A stretch of DNA of 64,000 bases from a virus (taxonomy: Duplodnaviria; Caudoviricetes): positions 192,001 through 256,000 of IMG/VR virus record IMGVR_UViG_3300024493_000235. The stretch is one strand, 5' to 3'. The position numbers were made by a program, and so were the translations under genes. The notes beneath the pieces are model-generated. The model worked only from the letters and a program-made list of their open reading frames with translations. It was not told the origin of the DNA and searched no databases. This document shows, piece after piece, positions 18,244-27,565 of the stretch; position 1 is the stretch's first letter, and each line of letters opens with the position of its first letter.

Positions 18244-20136
18244 TTACAGGTTTTTTCGCATCTCTTCCATTTTGGGAGTTCGTAAGAATTGATTACTTGT
18301 CATAACAAGATCCAAAATGGAAATAGCGGCTGTAAGAATTTGTGTGTCAACTTCAGAGCTGTTTATAATAGCGTTGTTCTTCGTTGCATCGTTAGCTCTG
18401 TGTATTTCACGTTTATCGTTTATTAACGTATACGAATCTTCGTAGTTATCATTGATGATATCATACGTCCTATCGCTTTCGATGCATTCTTTAGCGATTT
18501 TATACGACTTCCTCCAAGACCTGAATTTGTTATCGATAATGATTGCATAGGTTCTTGTATATGCTATGCAAATATTGTAAAGTATTTCGTACACATATTT
18601 ATCGATACTCTTTCTGATATTCGACGGCATGGTTTTATTAAGGGATGTAGTAATTGAATCGACAAATTCTCGAAGCACAAGAGCGTTAAGATTGTTCTTA
18701 TCGCGATTCTTATATTCTTCAAGAATTTTGTGGCATATTTTTGGAATGATTGTATTGCCACCGCATACGATTCCGCTTTTTATAGCGGACTTACATCCAC
18801 GTACAGCATCATCGAAAAGATGCTGTTTGTTTTCTTTCTCCTCGATTGTATCCCCACCAACAAAGAGAGTTACCATGTCTCCGTATAAAGCGGCTTTTCT
18901 TCTTTGTAGTAAGAAGATATTGTACTGATTGTCAATGTGTGTTTCACTTTTCATCCGATCTATTTCTTTGTCGATATCATCGATTCTGAACTTGATTCTG
19001 TCGGTGTTGTTTTTTCCGCCTATGAAACGTGTATAATTTGTAGTTGAAGCTATAATCTTATTGCACGTTCCAAGATACGCATCATACTTTTGTGGATCAG
19101 CTTCGATTGGAAATTGTTTTGCGGAATCAACTGTGATAATTGAAGCGCTTATGTTATCGGCTAAGTCTTGAAGATTTTCTTTACCGATAGAAGATTCTGT
19201 GTCCATTTCTATGCACAAGAGCTTTAATATAGTGCCGTGTTTTTCTACGAACCTTATAATCGACTGCCTGAACGATTCTCTTGATGCTTCACAGAATCCT
19301 CCTGCTATAATAACAAGGGGACGAGAACATTTGCCAATGACGTATTCGATTACGTATCGTAGCGCTTCTATATCATGAGTCATGATATGGCCTTTAATAA
19401 GAAGAATCTTCGGATTCACATATACAGCGCGTCTGCCATCAGGTTCTGTAACCATTTCAGGAAGTAGCATTCCCCGGGTGATTTCAAAACCGCGATCAAG
19501 GTCATAATGTGTTACATTCGTTCTCGATAATTCTGCGTTCACAAACCCGTGACCCGGATTTTTAAGAGAGCAAAACATATCAGATACGAGTTTTCCATTC
19601 TCCCAATCGTTATTAAGAGAGATGGATGCAACAGCTTGAATTCTCTGTTCGAAGGTGTCAGTTTTGTTATATCCGCCATCTTTGTACTCAATAAGCGGAA
19701 TTGCGTTTTTCTTGACGATTTCGTTCAGTTTTTGCCCGATTATCTTCAGAGATTCTGCTAAAAATTTAGGGGGTATGTGCCATTTCCTTGCCAGCTTTCG
19801 GATACGATACAATTCGTTCGCAATTACAACAGAACTTGTGGTTCCATCCCCTACTACATCATTTAGGCTTCCTGATATCTTTTGGAATAACCTTGCAGCA
19901 ACTCTTGCCAATCTTGGGTAGAAAACTAAGGACCTGTAGACAGTCCATCCGTCTTTTGTAGTCGTATGATGAAGCATTTGATCTTCTATGATCGTATTTG
20001 CGCCATATGGACCTAATGTGCGTTTAAAGACAGCAGATTCAAAACGAAGTGTTCTTACAATCTCCTTGTCTAGCTCATCAGGCCCCGTGACATTTGAATA
20101 CGTTTCATCTTTTCTCTTTAAAGGATTTAAAAACAT
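18244..20136 (-). CDS. groEL: GroEL-like phage chaperonin
   Basis: TLGPYG, TKDGWTV, GDGTTS, VGG.T..E, DDAV....A...GIV.GG; start placed at ATG 20136 after AAGGAG SD. Confidence 0.9.
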   Translation of the reverse strand: MFLNPLKRKDETYSNVTGPDELDKEIVRTLRFESAVFKRTLGPYGANTIIEDQMLHHTTTKDGWTVYRSLVFYPRLARVAARLFQKISGSLNDVVGDGTTSSVVIANELYRIRKLARKWHIPPKFLAESLKIIGQKLNEIVKKNAIPLIEYKDGGYNKTDTFEQRIQAVASISLNNDWENGKLVSDMFCSLKNPGHGFVNAELSRTNVTHYDLDRGFEITRGMLLPEMVTEPDGRRAVYVNPKILLIKGHIMTHDIEALRYVIEYVIGKCSRPLVIIAGGFCEASRESFRQSIIRFVEKHGTILKLLCIEMDTESSIGKENLQDLADNISASIITVDSAKQFPIEADPQKYDAYLGTCNKIIASTTNYTRFIGGKNNTDRIKFRIDDIDKEIDRMKSETHIDNQYNIFLLQRRKAALYGDMVTLFVGGDTIEEKENKQHLFDDAVRGCKSAIKSGIVCGGNTIIPKICHKILEEYKNRDKNNLNALVLREFVDSITTSLNKTMPSNIRKSIDKYVYEILYNICIAYTRTYAIIIDNKFRSWRKSYKIAKECIESDRTYDIINDNYEDSYTLINDKREIHRANDATKNNAIINSSEVDTQILTAAISILDLVMTSNQFLRTPKMEEMRKNL

Positions 20137-20138
20137 TT

Positions 20139-20489
20139 TTATTGCAAACTCCTTTTTGAATGAGCGATTTTCAAGATATAAAGCGTTCCTTTTCCTTCGG
20201 ATATTTGATAGTAAAAACCATTTTCCGTAGGAAGCGGAATGTCGCAATTTTCAATGACATTGCGACAGCGAGATGTGAATCTAAAAGGAATTGAAAGAGT
20301 ATTTTTTTGCATACTTTTGAAATCAACTCTTTCGACATTAATATCCCCTTTAGATTTGTGTGTTTCACTTATGCGCTTTAGAATGTCCCATGCTGTATTA
20401 ACAAGCGCATCGTAACCCATTGCGATATCAAAACCATTCTCAGGTTTCTCACTACCGCAGAGTTGATTCACAAACGTAATTTTATTCAA
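20139..20489 (-). CDS. hypothetical protein
   Basis: TTG start with GGGGAAGGA SD; directly upstream of the chaperonin. Confidence 0.55.
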   Translation of the reverse strand: MNKITFVNQLCGSEKPENGFDIAMGYDALVNTAWDILKRISETHKSKGDINVERVDFKSMQKNTLSIPFRFTSRCRNVIENCDIPLPTENGFYYQISEGKGTLYILKIAHSKRSLQ

Positions 20490-20517
20490 TTCCTTCCCCT
20501 TTTTTGATTTTCATGAG

Positions 20518-20754
20518 CTAATGCTTTGCGTTTTTAATGGCGTCAGCTTGCTCCTTAATAATCTGGATACGAGCTTCAGTTAAGCTCGCTAATGTGGGAA
20601 GATCCATTTCATCTAGTTCTGTGTGCGTGAATTTTCCATCAAATAGCTGTAAGAGTTGGAGAGTATATTTTGAACTTTCGATAGCAATATCTGTTTTTAT
20701 ATACTCCCCATCCCTTGCAACTAGAACCCCTTTCGGCTTTTGGTTTCGAAAAAA
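20518..20754 (-). CDS. -1 frameshift extension of the tail/baseplate assembly chaperone (76 aa)
   Basis: slippery T-TTT-TTC at 20754-20748; -1 frame is open to TAG at 20518, closed by TAA four codons upstream, and has no SD-linked start. Confidence 0.7.
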   Translation of the reverse strand, partial: FFRNQKPKGVLVARDGEYIKTDIAIESSKYTLQLLQLFDGKFTHTELDEMDLPTLASLTEARIQIIKEQADAIKNAKH

Positions 20755-22643
20755 AGCGTCCGTGTATTAATGTCCCTCTGGTTAATAATACGGCCGCAAT
20801 GCTTACATTTAACGCGCGGTATTTGATATGCAACAGAGAACCGCGTTATGTAGTTTATAATCTCCTTCTCAAACTGTTTCTTTTCATCAGGAGAGATATC
20901 GGCGATGGCTTTATCGATAGCCTCTACGCGCGTATCGAGGAAGTAGTTTGCCTCACCGGTTTGATTATAGTGTTTGATATCGATAATACCGACACCACGA
21001 ATATATCCGGCATAAATCATGTCATGATAGAAGTCGTTTACAACTTCTTCTTTTTTGCCCTTAAACGAATTCTCAAGGAACTCAAAGATACTCGGAGTGC
21101 GAGCCCTGAAGAAGCGACGGCCTTTCTCAATAAAGATGTCCAAGGCCGACCATCTTTGTGTCAACGCTTGAATCCTCTTTGGATCCCATGCCATCGGATT
21201 GTTGAGTATATCAGAAATTTGTTGTTGTGCGATACTGCCAGGAGGAATACATGCCAAAGTGTTTGTATCTATTTGTACGGATATATTCTTTCCGCAGAAG
21301 TTACAATCAAATGTAAAAGGTGTTTTTGAAGGATATGTGGCGTGATACAGGCCAAACATGAATGTCTGAAGGTCCGAATATGCTGTTGCATTCATCCATT
21401 GCTGGAATGTAAGGGCACCGCAAGAGAACTCGGAAAGTTTTGAATATATGGCGTTACATATGGCCATTTCGTACGCATATGTATTATCGTTTCCTTCTCT
21501 TCGTCCAAATGTACGAAGTTCACGAGAATTGAACGGTTTTACCATACACGAATATCCTGATTGAACAGCGACAATCTGTACTTTCCTCAATCCGTCAAGA
21601 ATGTTTTGTTCAAGTTCAACTTGTCTCATCATATAATCAGGAATTGTTGAAGCTTCGACAACTGTCCGCTTTGAGATATCGATTTCTTTGCCTTGCAGTT
21701 TCTTAATTTCTGCAGTGCTCGCTTCAAATATCTTATAGTGTGTTGTCGTATAATCATTCAATTCGATTACTTGGACATCATTAAGCTGTTTTGAAGTTGT
21801 GAGATATCCGTTGTTGTCTTTTTCCAACTCTTCAAGTTGTCTCTTGTTTGCTTCTTCTTCCGTGATACTTTCAACGTATGTGCCTGGTTCAGCTTTATCA
21901 TTCACATTTTCAAGCGGAATATCTTTATTGGCATCGGCTTTTTTGACTTCTGTATCTTCTACAGTTTGAGTCATTATATTATCAGAGATATTTGTTTCTC
22001 GCCATGAAAGTTCAACATTTTGTGCCGCTTCTTGTGTATTTGCTTGTGGAGCTTCGGCTGTTGGCGGATTTTCAGAAACTGGCGGTGCTGGGGGTGGAGG
22101 CGTGTCAGTAACTGGTTGCGATTCTATCGGAGGTGTATTGGGTTTCGTTGTTGCATCGTCTACATTTTGTGGAGGTACAGAAGTATCACTTTCTTCACCC
22201 GGTATAAATGATTGCACAACACCTTTTTCATTTTCAGGAATAACCTCCGCATCCTCCGTAGTTGTAAACTGATCCGGTTTCTCTATTACAGTTGGCTGTT
22301 TTGCCGTCTGTAAAGCATCGTTGATTGTATCAAGTGAATGTGATAAACCGTTAGGCGCTTCGACCTTCGGAATTGGAACGGCATCATGTGCCACTTCAGG
22401 AGGTGCTGAACGCACTTCTTCCTTTGGCTTTCCGTCAGATACAGGCGGCGGATCCCTTTGAGCTTCGGGATCTTCAAGTCTGTGTCCGACTTCATTTTGT
22501 ACGATTTGTTGTGGGCGATCCTGATTTTTTTCATTCAGTTTTTGAAGTTCTTGCTGCTTTCTTTCTTCCGCTGAAATGGATCCAGGTATATTTACACCAG
22601 AATCAAAATTAACCATCGGCGGGATTCCATTATTCTCAGTCAT
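20721..22643 (-). CDS. tail/baseplate-hub assembly chaperone (T4 gp26-like C-terminal domain) with low-complexity N-terminus
   Basis: two CxxC knuckles (CNFC, CKHC); ends LFF at a slippery site; same operon as the gp25-like gene. Confidence 0.6.
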   Translation of the reverse strand: MTENNGIPPMVNFDSGVNIPGSISAEERKQQELQKLNEKNQDRPQQIVQNEVGHRLEDPEAQRDPPPVSDGKPKEEVRSAPPEVAHDAVPIPKVEAPNGLSHSLDTINDALQTAKQPTVIEKPDQFTTTEDAEVIPENEKGVVQSFIPGEESDTSVPPQNVDDATTKPNTPPIESQPVTDTPPPPAPPVSENPPTAEAPQANTQEAAQNVELSWRETNISDNIMTQTVEDTEVKKADANKDIPLENVNDKAEPGTYVESITEEEANKRQLEELEKDNNGYLTTSKQLNDVQVIELNDYTTTHYKIFEASTAEIKKLQGKEIDISKRTVVEASTIPDYMMRQVELEQNILDGLRKVQIVAVQSGYSCMVKPFNSRELRTFGRREGNDNTYAYEMAICNAIYSKLSEFSCGALTFQQWMNATAYSDLQTFMFGLYHATYPSKTPFTFDCNFCGKNISVQIDTNTLACIPPGSIAQQQISDILNNPMAWDPKRIQALTQRWSALDIFIEKGRRFFRARTPSIFEFLENSFKGKKEEVVNDFYHDMIYAGYIRGVGIIDIKHYNQTGEANYFLDTRVEAIDKAIADISPDEKKQFEKEIINYITRFSVAYQIPRVKCKHCGRIINQRDINTRTLFFETKSRKGF

Positions 22644-22673
22644 ATTTCCTCCTTACAGAAATACATATTAGTT

Positions 22674-23267
22674 TTATAATACCACTGCTGCGACTTCTGA
22701 ATCTTCAGGCGGAGCAAATGGATCTTGATTATTTTTCGGTTTTGGCGGTTCTTTTGTCATAGTTGTAAAAATCGGAGCATCTTCTGGTGGAACAGCGATT
22801 CCTTGTAAGAAAGGATTTCCAGGTTGTGTTGGAACTTTTTGATGTCCGCTGGTGTAATCGATCCCGCTTTGAGGAATTGCAATTCCTTCTCTTCTAGCCA
22901 AATTCAATATCCCTCTTTCTTGCGCATTTAAAGGTCTTTGTTGTCCTTGTCCTTTCTGTTTCATACCGTTATTAACGTGTGCTTGATTATTTTTCATCAT
23001 TGCAACGTACATCCTTTGCCGATTTAAAGCATCCTGTTTCACACTATCAGGAATATTTGGATCATTTTTCATTCTGCTTAAGTTTGGAGCTTCCTTTGCG
23101 GCTTGTATAAGAGCAGATTGCATGTCTGCAAATTCTTCTTTCGAATAAGGAACACCATCCATTTTTACTTTTCCAGAATGAATTTGATTTAAAGGATTGT
23201 CAGGGTCTCCCATTACTTGTGCTTGAGTTTGGGAAAGCATTTTTTTGTAATCATCTATCGTAGGCAT
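22674..23267 (-). CDS. hypothetical Gln/Pro-rich protein
   Basis: AAGGAG SD; 197 aa; in the tail operon. Confidence 0.6.
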   Translation of the reverse strand: MPTIDDYKKMLSQTQAQVMGDPDNPLNQIHSGKVKMDGVPYSKEEFADMQSALIQAAKEAPNLSRMKNDPNIPDSVKQDALNRQRMYVAMMKNNQAHVNNGMKQKGQGQQRPLNAQERGILNLARREGIAIPQSGIDYTSGHQKVPTQPGNPFLQGIAVPPEDAPIFTTMTKEPPKPKNNQDPFAPPEDSEVAAVVL

Positions 23268-23282
23268 GTATTTCTCCTTAAA

Positions 23283-23762
23283 TTATGCGACATGGCTTAT
23301 GAAAGGTGTTTTATCGATAGACACGTCTTTAACGTGTAATCGACCATTACTTGCAGATCCGTCCCATTTTATCACAGTTCCGGTTTTCAGTTCTATCGAT
23401 ATTTTACAATCCTGAGATCCGTCCGATGTCGGAGCACGTGTAGAGGGAGCTATTTCAAAATGTACACCGGTGATAAATCCTTTTTCAATGAATCTATCTC
23501 CTAGCCACATAATATCATTTTGGATTCTTTCTGTTACCCTGTCTATTTCACTTATTATCCCACCATCGGAAGCTTTTTCAGCAAATTGTATCGATGACGT
23601 GTCTAATCCGCAATCAGGGCAATCCTGCATAGTCCCAGGTCTCATATTAAGCATATTTGAAAGAGCTAATATTTTATATCCTTCTCCGTATGGGTCATTT
23701 GTTTCAAGCATGCCATTAAATTTTCCAAACTTATAACGAAAGTCTATCACTCCTTGGGCCAT
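23283..23762 (-). CDS. gp25-like baseplate wedge/sheath initiator
   Basis: start MAQGV after AAGGAG SD; MLNMRPGTMQDCPDCGLD resembles the gp25-family PG...P..G motif. Confidence 0.55.
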   Translation of the reverse strand: MAQGVIDFRYKFGKFNGMLETNDPYGEGYKILALSNMLNMRPGTMQDCPDCGLDTSSIQFAEKASDGGIISEIDRVTERIQNDIMWLGDRFIEKGFITGVHFEIAPSTRAPTSDGSQDCKISIELKTGTVIKWDGSASNGRLHVKDVSIDKTPFISHVA

Positions 23763-23793
23763 ACTCAATCTCCTTGATACGAAATATGTGAAA

Positions 23794-23805
23794 AACATTT
23801 CATTA
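23794..23805 (+). promoter_or_regulatory. late-type promoter AACA-N6-TA
   Basis: AACA-TTTCAT-TA. Confidence 0.65.
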
Positions 23806-23862
23806 ATAGATTGTTGTTGTTCTAAAAAATAGTGAAAAATTTCTATAAAAAAGAAGGAAAAT

Positions 23863-24669
23863 ATGAAAATTCCTAATGTAAAGGTATTTAAATGTCCTAT
23901 TTGCAAGAGATCGTTCTCATCAAAGCAAGCTGTGTACACCCATATGTATAAAGAACACTCCGATGAAATACCCGACGGCATGAGTGCCGCACAGTACGCT
24001 TTTAATCTTCGTAATAATAAAGAATACGGTCTTTGTGTCCAATGCAAAGTTGGAAAAACACCTTGGAACGAAGAAGCCGAAAGATATGATAGATTCTGCT
24101 GTGAAGAATGCAAAAACGCATATGTCGCAGAAGCTAAAAGACGAATGGTTGCTAAGTATGGGAAAGAGCATCTTTTAGATGATCCAGATCATCAACAGAA
24201 GATGATGAATAACAGATCAATCTCAGGTGTTTATGTTTTTGATACAGATAAAATCGCCGTAAAGTACAACAGCCAGTATGAATATGATTTTTTGCGTCAT
24301 CTTAATTTAGGACATGGATGGCTTGGAAAAGATATCGTCCAATGTCCGTTTGCATTTGAGTATGTACACGACTGTAAGAAAAAGTTATATATTCCAGATT
24401 ATTGGATTATATCTTTGAACGCCGTTATCGAAATTAAGTCGTATCAGAATAAGCACCATAAGATTCTTGAAGTTGATGTCGAGATGGAAAAATTAAAAGA
24501 CGCCGTGATGGAAGAACAAACACAATATAACTACATTAAAATTGTAGATGAAAAATACGTGTCTTTTTCTTTTTTTGTAAAACTCATTCAAGATTTATAC
24601 TGGGATTGTAAAGATCCCGACATTCAACCTGAAGTTGCTGGAATTAAAATAATTCCGCCAAGGAGTTAG
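23863..24669 (+). CDS. Zn-finger plus TnsA-like PD-(D/E)xK nuclease
   Basis: C2H2 finger CPIC...H...H; CVQC...FCCEEC; S.YE...YIPDY...IEIK nuclease core. Confidence 0.7.
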   Translation: MKIPNVKVFKCPICKRSFSSKQAVYTHMYKEHSDEIPDGMSAAQYAFNLRNNKEYGLCVQCKVGKTPWNEEAERYDRFCCEECKNAYVAEAKRRMVAKYGKEHLLDDPDHQQKMMNNRSISGVYVFDTDKIAVKYNSQYEYDFLRHLNLGHGWLGKDIVQCPFAFEYVHDCKKKLYIPDYWIISLNAVIEIKSYQNKHHKILEVDVEMEKLKDAVMEEQTQYNYIKIVDEKYVSFSFFVKLIQDLYWDCKDPDIQPEVAGIKIIPPRS

Positions 24670-24670
24670 C

Positions 24671-25348
24671 ATGCTGACAGTAATAACAAAAAATCTCTTT
24701 AAAAAGCCAAAAAAAATAACACTTGCAAGAGCCATTCAAATAATTGAAATGGAAGACCCGTATATCACAACAGATTGGCATCTTGGAAAGTTTATTAACA
24801 AACAACAGACAGAAGCTTCTTATCAGGAATATATCGAAAAGACAAAGAAAATGATTGACAGACTTCAAAAAGCTGTAAAACCTGGAAAACCGATGTTGTG
24901 TCTCGGAGATATTACAGAAGAAGAGATGTATGACGAAGATTTGATTAAATGGCTTTACAACACCGTTGTTACGATACATGGAAGTCCAAAAATTTTAATA
25001 AAAGGAAACAACGATATTTTCGATGATGAATTTTATTATAAGCTCGGATTTGAATATGTGACAAAAAGAAATATCGTATCCGATAAACTTCGAATAGTTT
25101 TTTCTCATGAGCCTGTGTCTATAATAGACATGAAACTCTCCGAAAAGGATTGGCTTAATTTGCACGGACACAGTCACGGATCCGGTAAATTATACAACAT
25201 GCAACCAGGGGATGCTAATTGTCATTTGGATGCTTTTCCGGATTACAATTGGCAAGGCGTTCAAAAACTCTCGTACTATCTTAGCATGTTTCGCGCACAT
25301 CCTGAAAAGTATAAGTGCGACGTTATTTATAAATACGGGTGGAATTAA
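24671..25348 (+). CDS. calcineurin-like metallophosphoesterase
   Basis: TDWH, LGD, KGNND, SHEP, HGHSH motifs. Confidence 0.85.
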   Translation: MLTVITKNLFKKPKKITLARAIQIIEMEDPYITTDWHLGKFINKQQTEASYQEYIEKTKKMIDRLQKAVKPGKPMLCLGDITEEEMYDEDLIKWLYNTVVTIHGSPKILIKGNNDIFDDEFYYKLGFEYVTKRNIVSDKLRIVFSHEPVSIIDMKLSEKDWLNLHGHSHGSGKLYNMQPGDANCHLDAFPDYNWQGVQKLSYYLSMFRAHPEKYKCDVIYKYGWN

Positions 25349-25359
25349 AGGAGACACAC

Positions 25360-26523
25360 ATGAAAAGCTTGGATGATTATATTCCAAAAATCCCTATGGG
25401 TCTTGATGACAACGTTATTGATGTAGAAGACAATATTTCATACGAGATTGTCAACGCCCTTTCTGAATTACATTGTACAACATCGGATTTGTTACAAACA
25501 GAATCCGAACTGGTTTTAAGATATATTTCAGACGAATATGGTATATCGTTTGAAAATGTCGATGCGGATATCGGCATACAAATAGGGATAAAGCCTTCAA
25601 GAGATCCGCATACAGGAACACCGAATGTCCTTGATGTCAAAATCAATTCAAGGGTCGGATTCTTTGAGTCTTTGGCAAAAAAGATGCGGGATTTGGCGCT
25701 ACGAGTTGCAACCGCTATTCGTAACTTTTTTGTATCAATCCATCATTTTTTTCAATCCAAAATTAGCAAAGTGGACAATATGCTTTTACATGCTAATTTT
25801 TCTATCGTTGATAAATATTACAGCGATACATCAAAATCTTGTAAGATAAAACTTACAAAGTATATGATAAATGATCCTATTGCTGAATACAAAAAAGATC
25901 AAGACGTATTGCGTCTTGCAGTTCCAAGATTAAAAGATGCAATTATTACCCTTGTTGATCATATCGAAAATCCTATTACACTGCAAGAAAAAACTGGAAG
26001 TAAAAGTGATATGTACGTCACATACCAAAGAGACAGGGATGAAATCCAAACTCTATTTGATGAAATCTTTGGAAAGCTTGCAGGGCCTCACGTTAATCTC
26101 GAAATGATTCATGAAATGAATATCGCACGTGTTATTCGGCTTAAATACTTTGGAGATAAGAAAACCTCTGATATATTTGAAGTTCGAGATGTTATTCCAA
26201 ATAAAGAAGTATTTGATACCATAACTTCTGATAATGCGTATCATTCATTTAAGAATTTATTCAAACAATCCGATGAATGTCTTGAAATCGCATTGAAAGT
26301 CGCTAACAGGTTTAACAAAAGCCTCAGGATGATGTATAATTCTCCTTCGACTGTATATACAGAAATACAAGGAGTTATACTTAAATTTCGAGGTCTTCTT
26401 ACAGCTTTATTGTACACGAATATCGCATATTGGGAATTATATTTTTCAATACGACAGAATGCTTTGGCAGCCCTTCGTGCAATCATAAGAGACGATGTTG
26501 AAAAACAAGTTTCAAACAAATAA
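25360..26523 (+). CDS. putative internal head/virion protein
   Basis: acidic N-terminus with SFE/QTE motifs followed by an amphipathic helix (FFESLAKKM...IRNFF), a layout typical of processed head proteins of these phages. Confidence 0.5.
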   Translation: MKSLDDYIPKIPMGLDDNVIDVEDNISYEIVNALSELHCTTSDLLQTESELVLRYISDEYGISFENVDADIGIQIGIKPSRDPHTGTPNVLDVKINSRVGFFESLAKKMRDLALRVATAIRNFFVSIHHFFQSKISKVDNMLLHANFSIVDKYYSDTSKSCKIKLTKYMINDPIAEYKKDQDVLRLAVPRLKDAIITLVDHIENPITLQEKTGSKSDMYVTYQRDRDEIQTLFDEIFGKLAGPHVNLEMIHEMNIARVIRLKYFGDKKTSDIFEVRDVIPNKEVFDTITSDNAYHSFKNLFKQSDECLEIALKVANRFNKSLRMMYNSPSTVYTEIQGVILKFRGLLTALLYTNIAYWELYFSIRQNALAALRAIIRDDVEKQVSNK

Positions 26524-26536
26524 AGACAAAGAAAAT

Positions 26537-26567
26537 AATGCAGGGTGGCTAACAGCCACCCTGCATT
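26537..26567. terminator. hairpin terminator
   Basis: aatgcagggtggct-aac-agccaccctgcatt. Confidence 0.7.
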
Positions 26568-26645
26568 AAAGAGGTGATAATCTCTCCATATTATATCTCC
26601 CCAGGCCCAACCAACACATATGATTTAGGAGAGTCTATATATGGC

Positions 26646-27089
26646 AAAAATAAAAGCGGCAGGGGCAATCTGGCCCCTGCCGCCCGGCGGATCTGCAGCC
26701 CGATTCGGAATATAAATCCCGGACCGGTTTTCTTTAGTCTGCTAGATTGCGCCACTCTGAACCGCCGCGATTAAGCGGCAGTTAATAAAAATGACATGCA
26801 GGGCTTAGCATTGGCATGGCGTACCACATTATAATAGAGGCTTGCCGCCGCGGGAACAAGCCCGTGGCGGTGCATACTATAATGCGGGTTTTTAATCAGC
26901 GCCGGTTAGACGGGGTAACGGTTTTATCCATAATCCGCGGTAGTCGCCTTTGCATTTATCGCCCTACTGGGATGCCTTTTCCCGGATATTCTTTGGGAAG
27001 CGCGGCAGCTTTCCGCGCGACCTTTATCCCGGATCGCCGTTGCTAGCAAACGACAAGGCATTTTACATGGAACATGTCATCTTCACTAC
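26646..27089 (-). ncRNA. unclassified large structured non-coding RNA (~440 nt)
   Basis: about 54% GC (225/420 over 26641-27060) in an AT-rich genome; early promoter at 27094-27103; nested long-range stems; 11-bp terminator plus U tract at 26646-26683; no credible ORF. Confidence 0.8.
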
Positions 27090-27130
27090 ATAGATGATAT
27101 ATACGTAAAAACATTTTTGTTTCACGTATA

Positions 27131-27565
27131 TTATCCTGAAGCGTAACCGTTATTGAAAAACCAATTTGATATTGTACAAGCTATGATTGGACTTGTTTCA
27201 TGGTTTATAAAGTTTACAATAATCGGTGTACACCTTGGAACAATCGGATGCTCGATTTTCTTCGATTCATAAATGTGGATACGCATAGATTCATGCACGA
27301 TTTTACTCGGCGTTGTAAGCTGTATCAAGACTGTACAACCTATAAGTCTTGATTTGTCAAGATCACTTATTTCAGGTTTCATGATCTTTTTTGTCACGAC
27401 TCTTGTTTCATTCGAGTATCTTGTCATTGCGTATATAGTTGTTTCTCCCATTTGAAAAGCTTCGTTTGGGATATTAGTAATACGATCCGCCAAGTGTTTG
27501 ACTGGATCCGGCTTATAAAAGTCGTGACTTGTAAGAATTTTGCATTGTGTCATTATTGGGTTCAT
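27131..27565 (-). CDS. hypothetical protein
   Basis: 144 aa; coupled to the upstream gene. Confidence 0.55.
   Translation of the reverse strand: MNPIMTQCKILTSHDFYKPDPVKHLADRITNIPNEAFQMGETTIYAMTRYSNETRVVTKKIMKPEISDLDKSRLIGCTVLIQLTTPSKIVHESMRIHIYESKKIEHPIVPRCTPIIVNFINHETSPIIACTISNWFFNNGYASG

Noticed and set aside
20137-20247. N-terminal 37 aa of the 667-aa chaperonin ORF
   Set aside because: Overlaps the upstream gene; SD-supported ATG is at 20136
20139-20489. GroES co-chaperonin
   Set aside because: Size and position fit, but no PLxDRV or other GroES motif
23763-24113. N-terminal extension of the 276-aa minus-strand ORF
   Set aside because: Overlaps the divergent nuclease gene and its promoter; SD-supported start is at 23762
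26574-27046. ORFs 26574-26774 and 26816-27046 (+) as protein genes
   Set aside because: No convincing SD; composition reflects GC-rich stems; promoter and terminator point to a minus-strand RNA
26646-27089. Identity as tmRNA, RNase P, SRP RNA or group I/II intron
   Set aside because: No tRNA-like ends, no GAGGAAAGUC element, no SRP GGAA-loop domain, GACUA without a downstream UAGUC partner, no domain V, and no interrupted gene; judged by eye only
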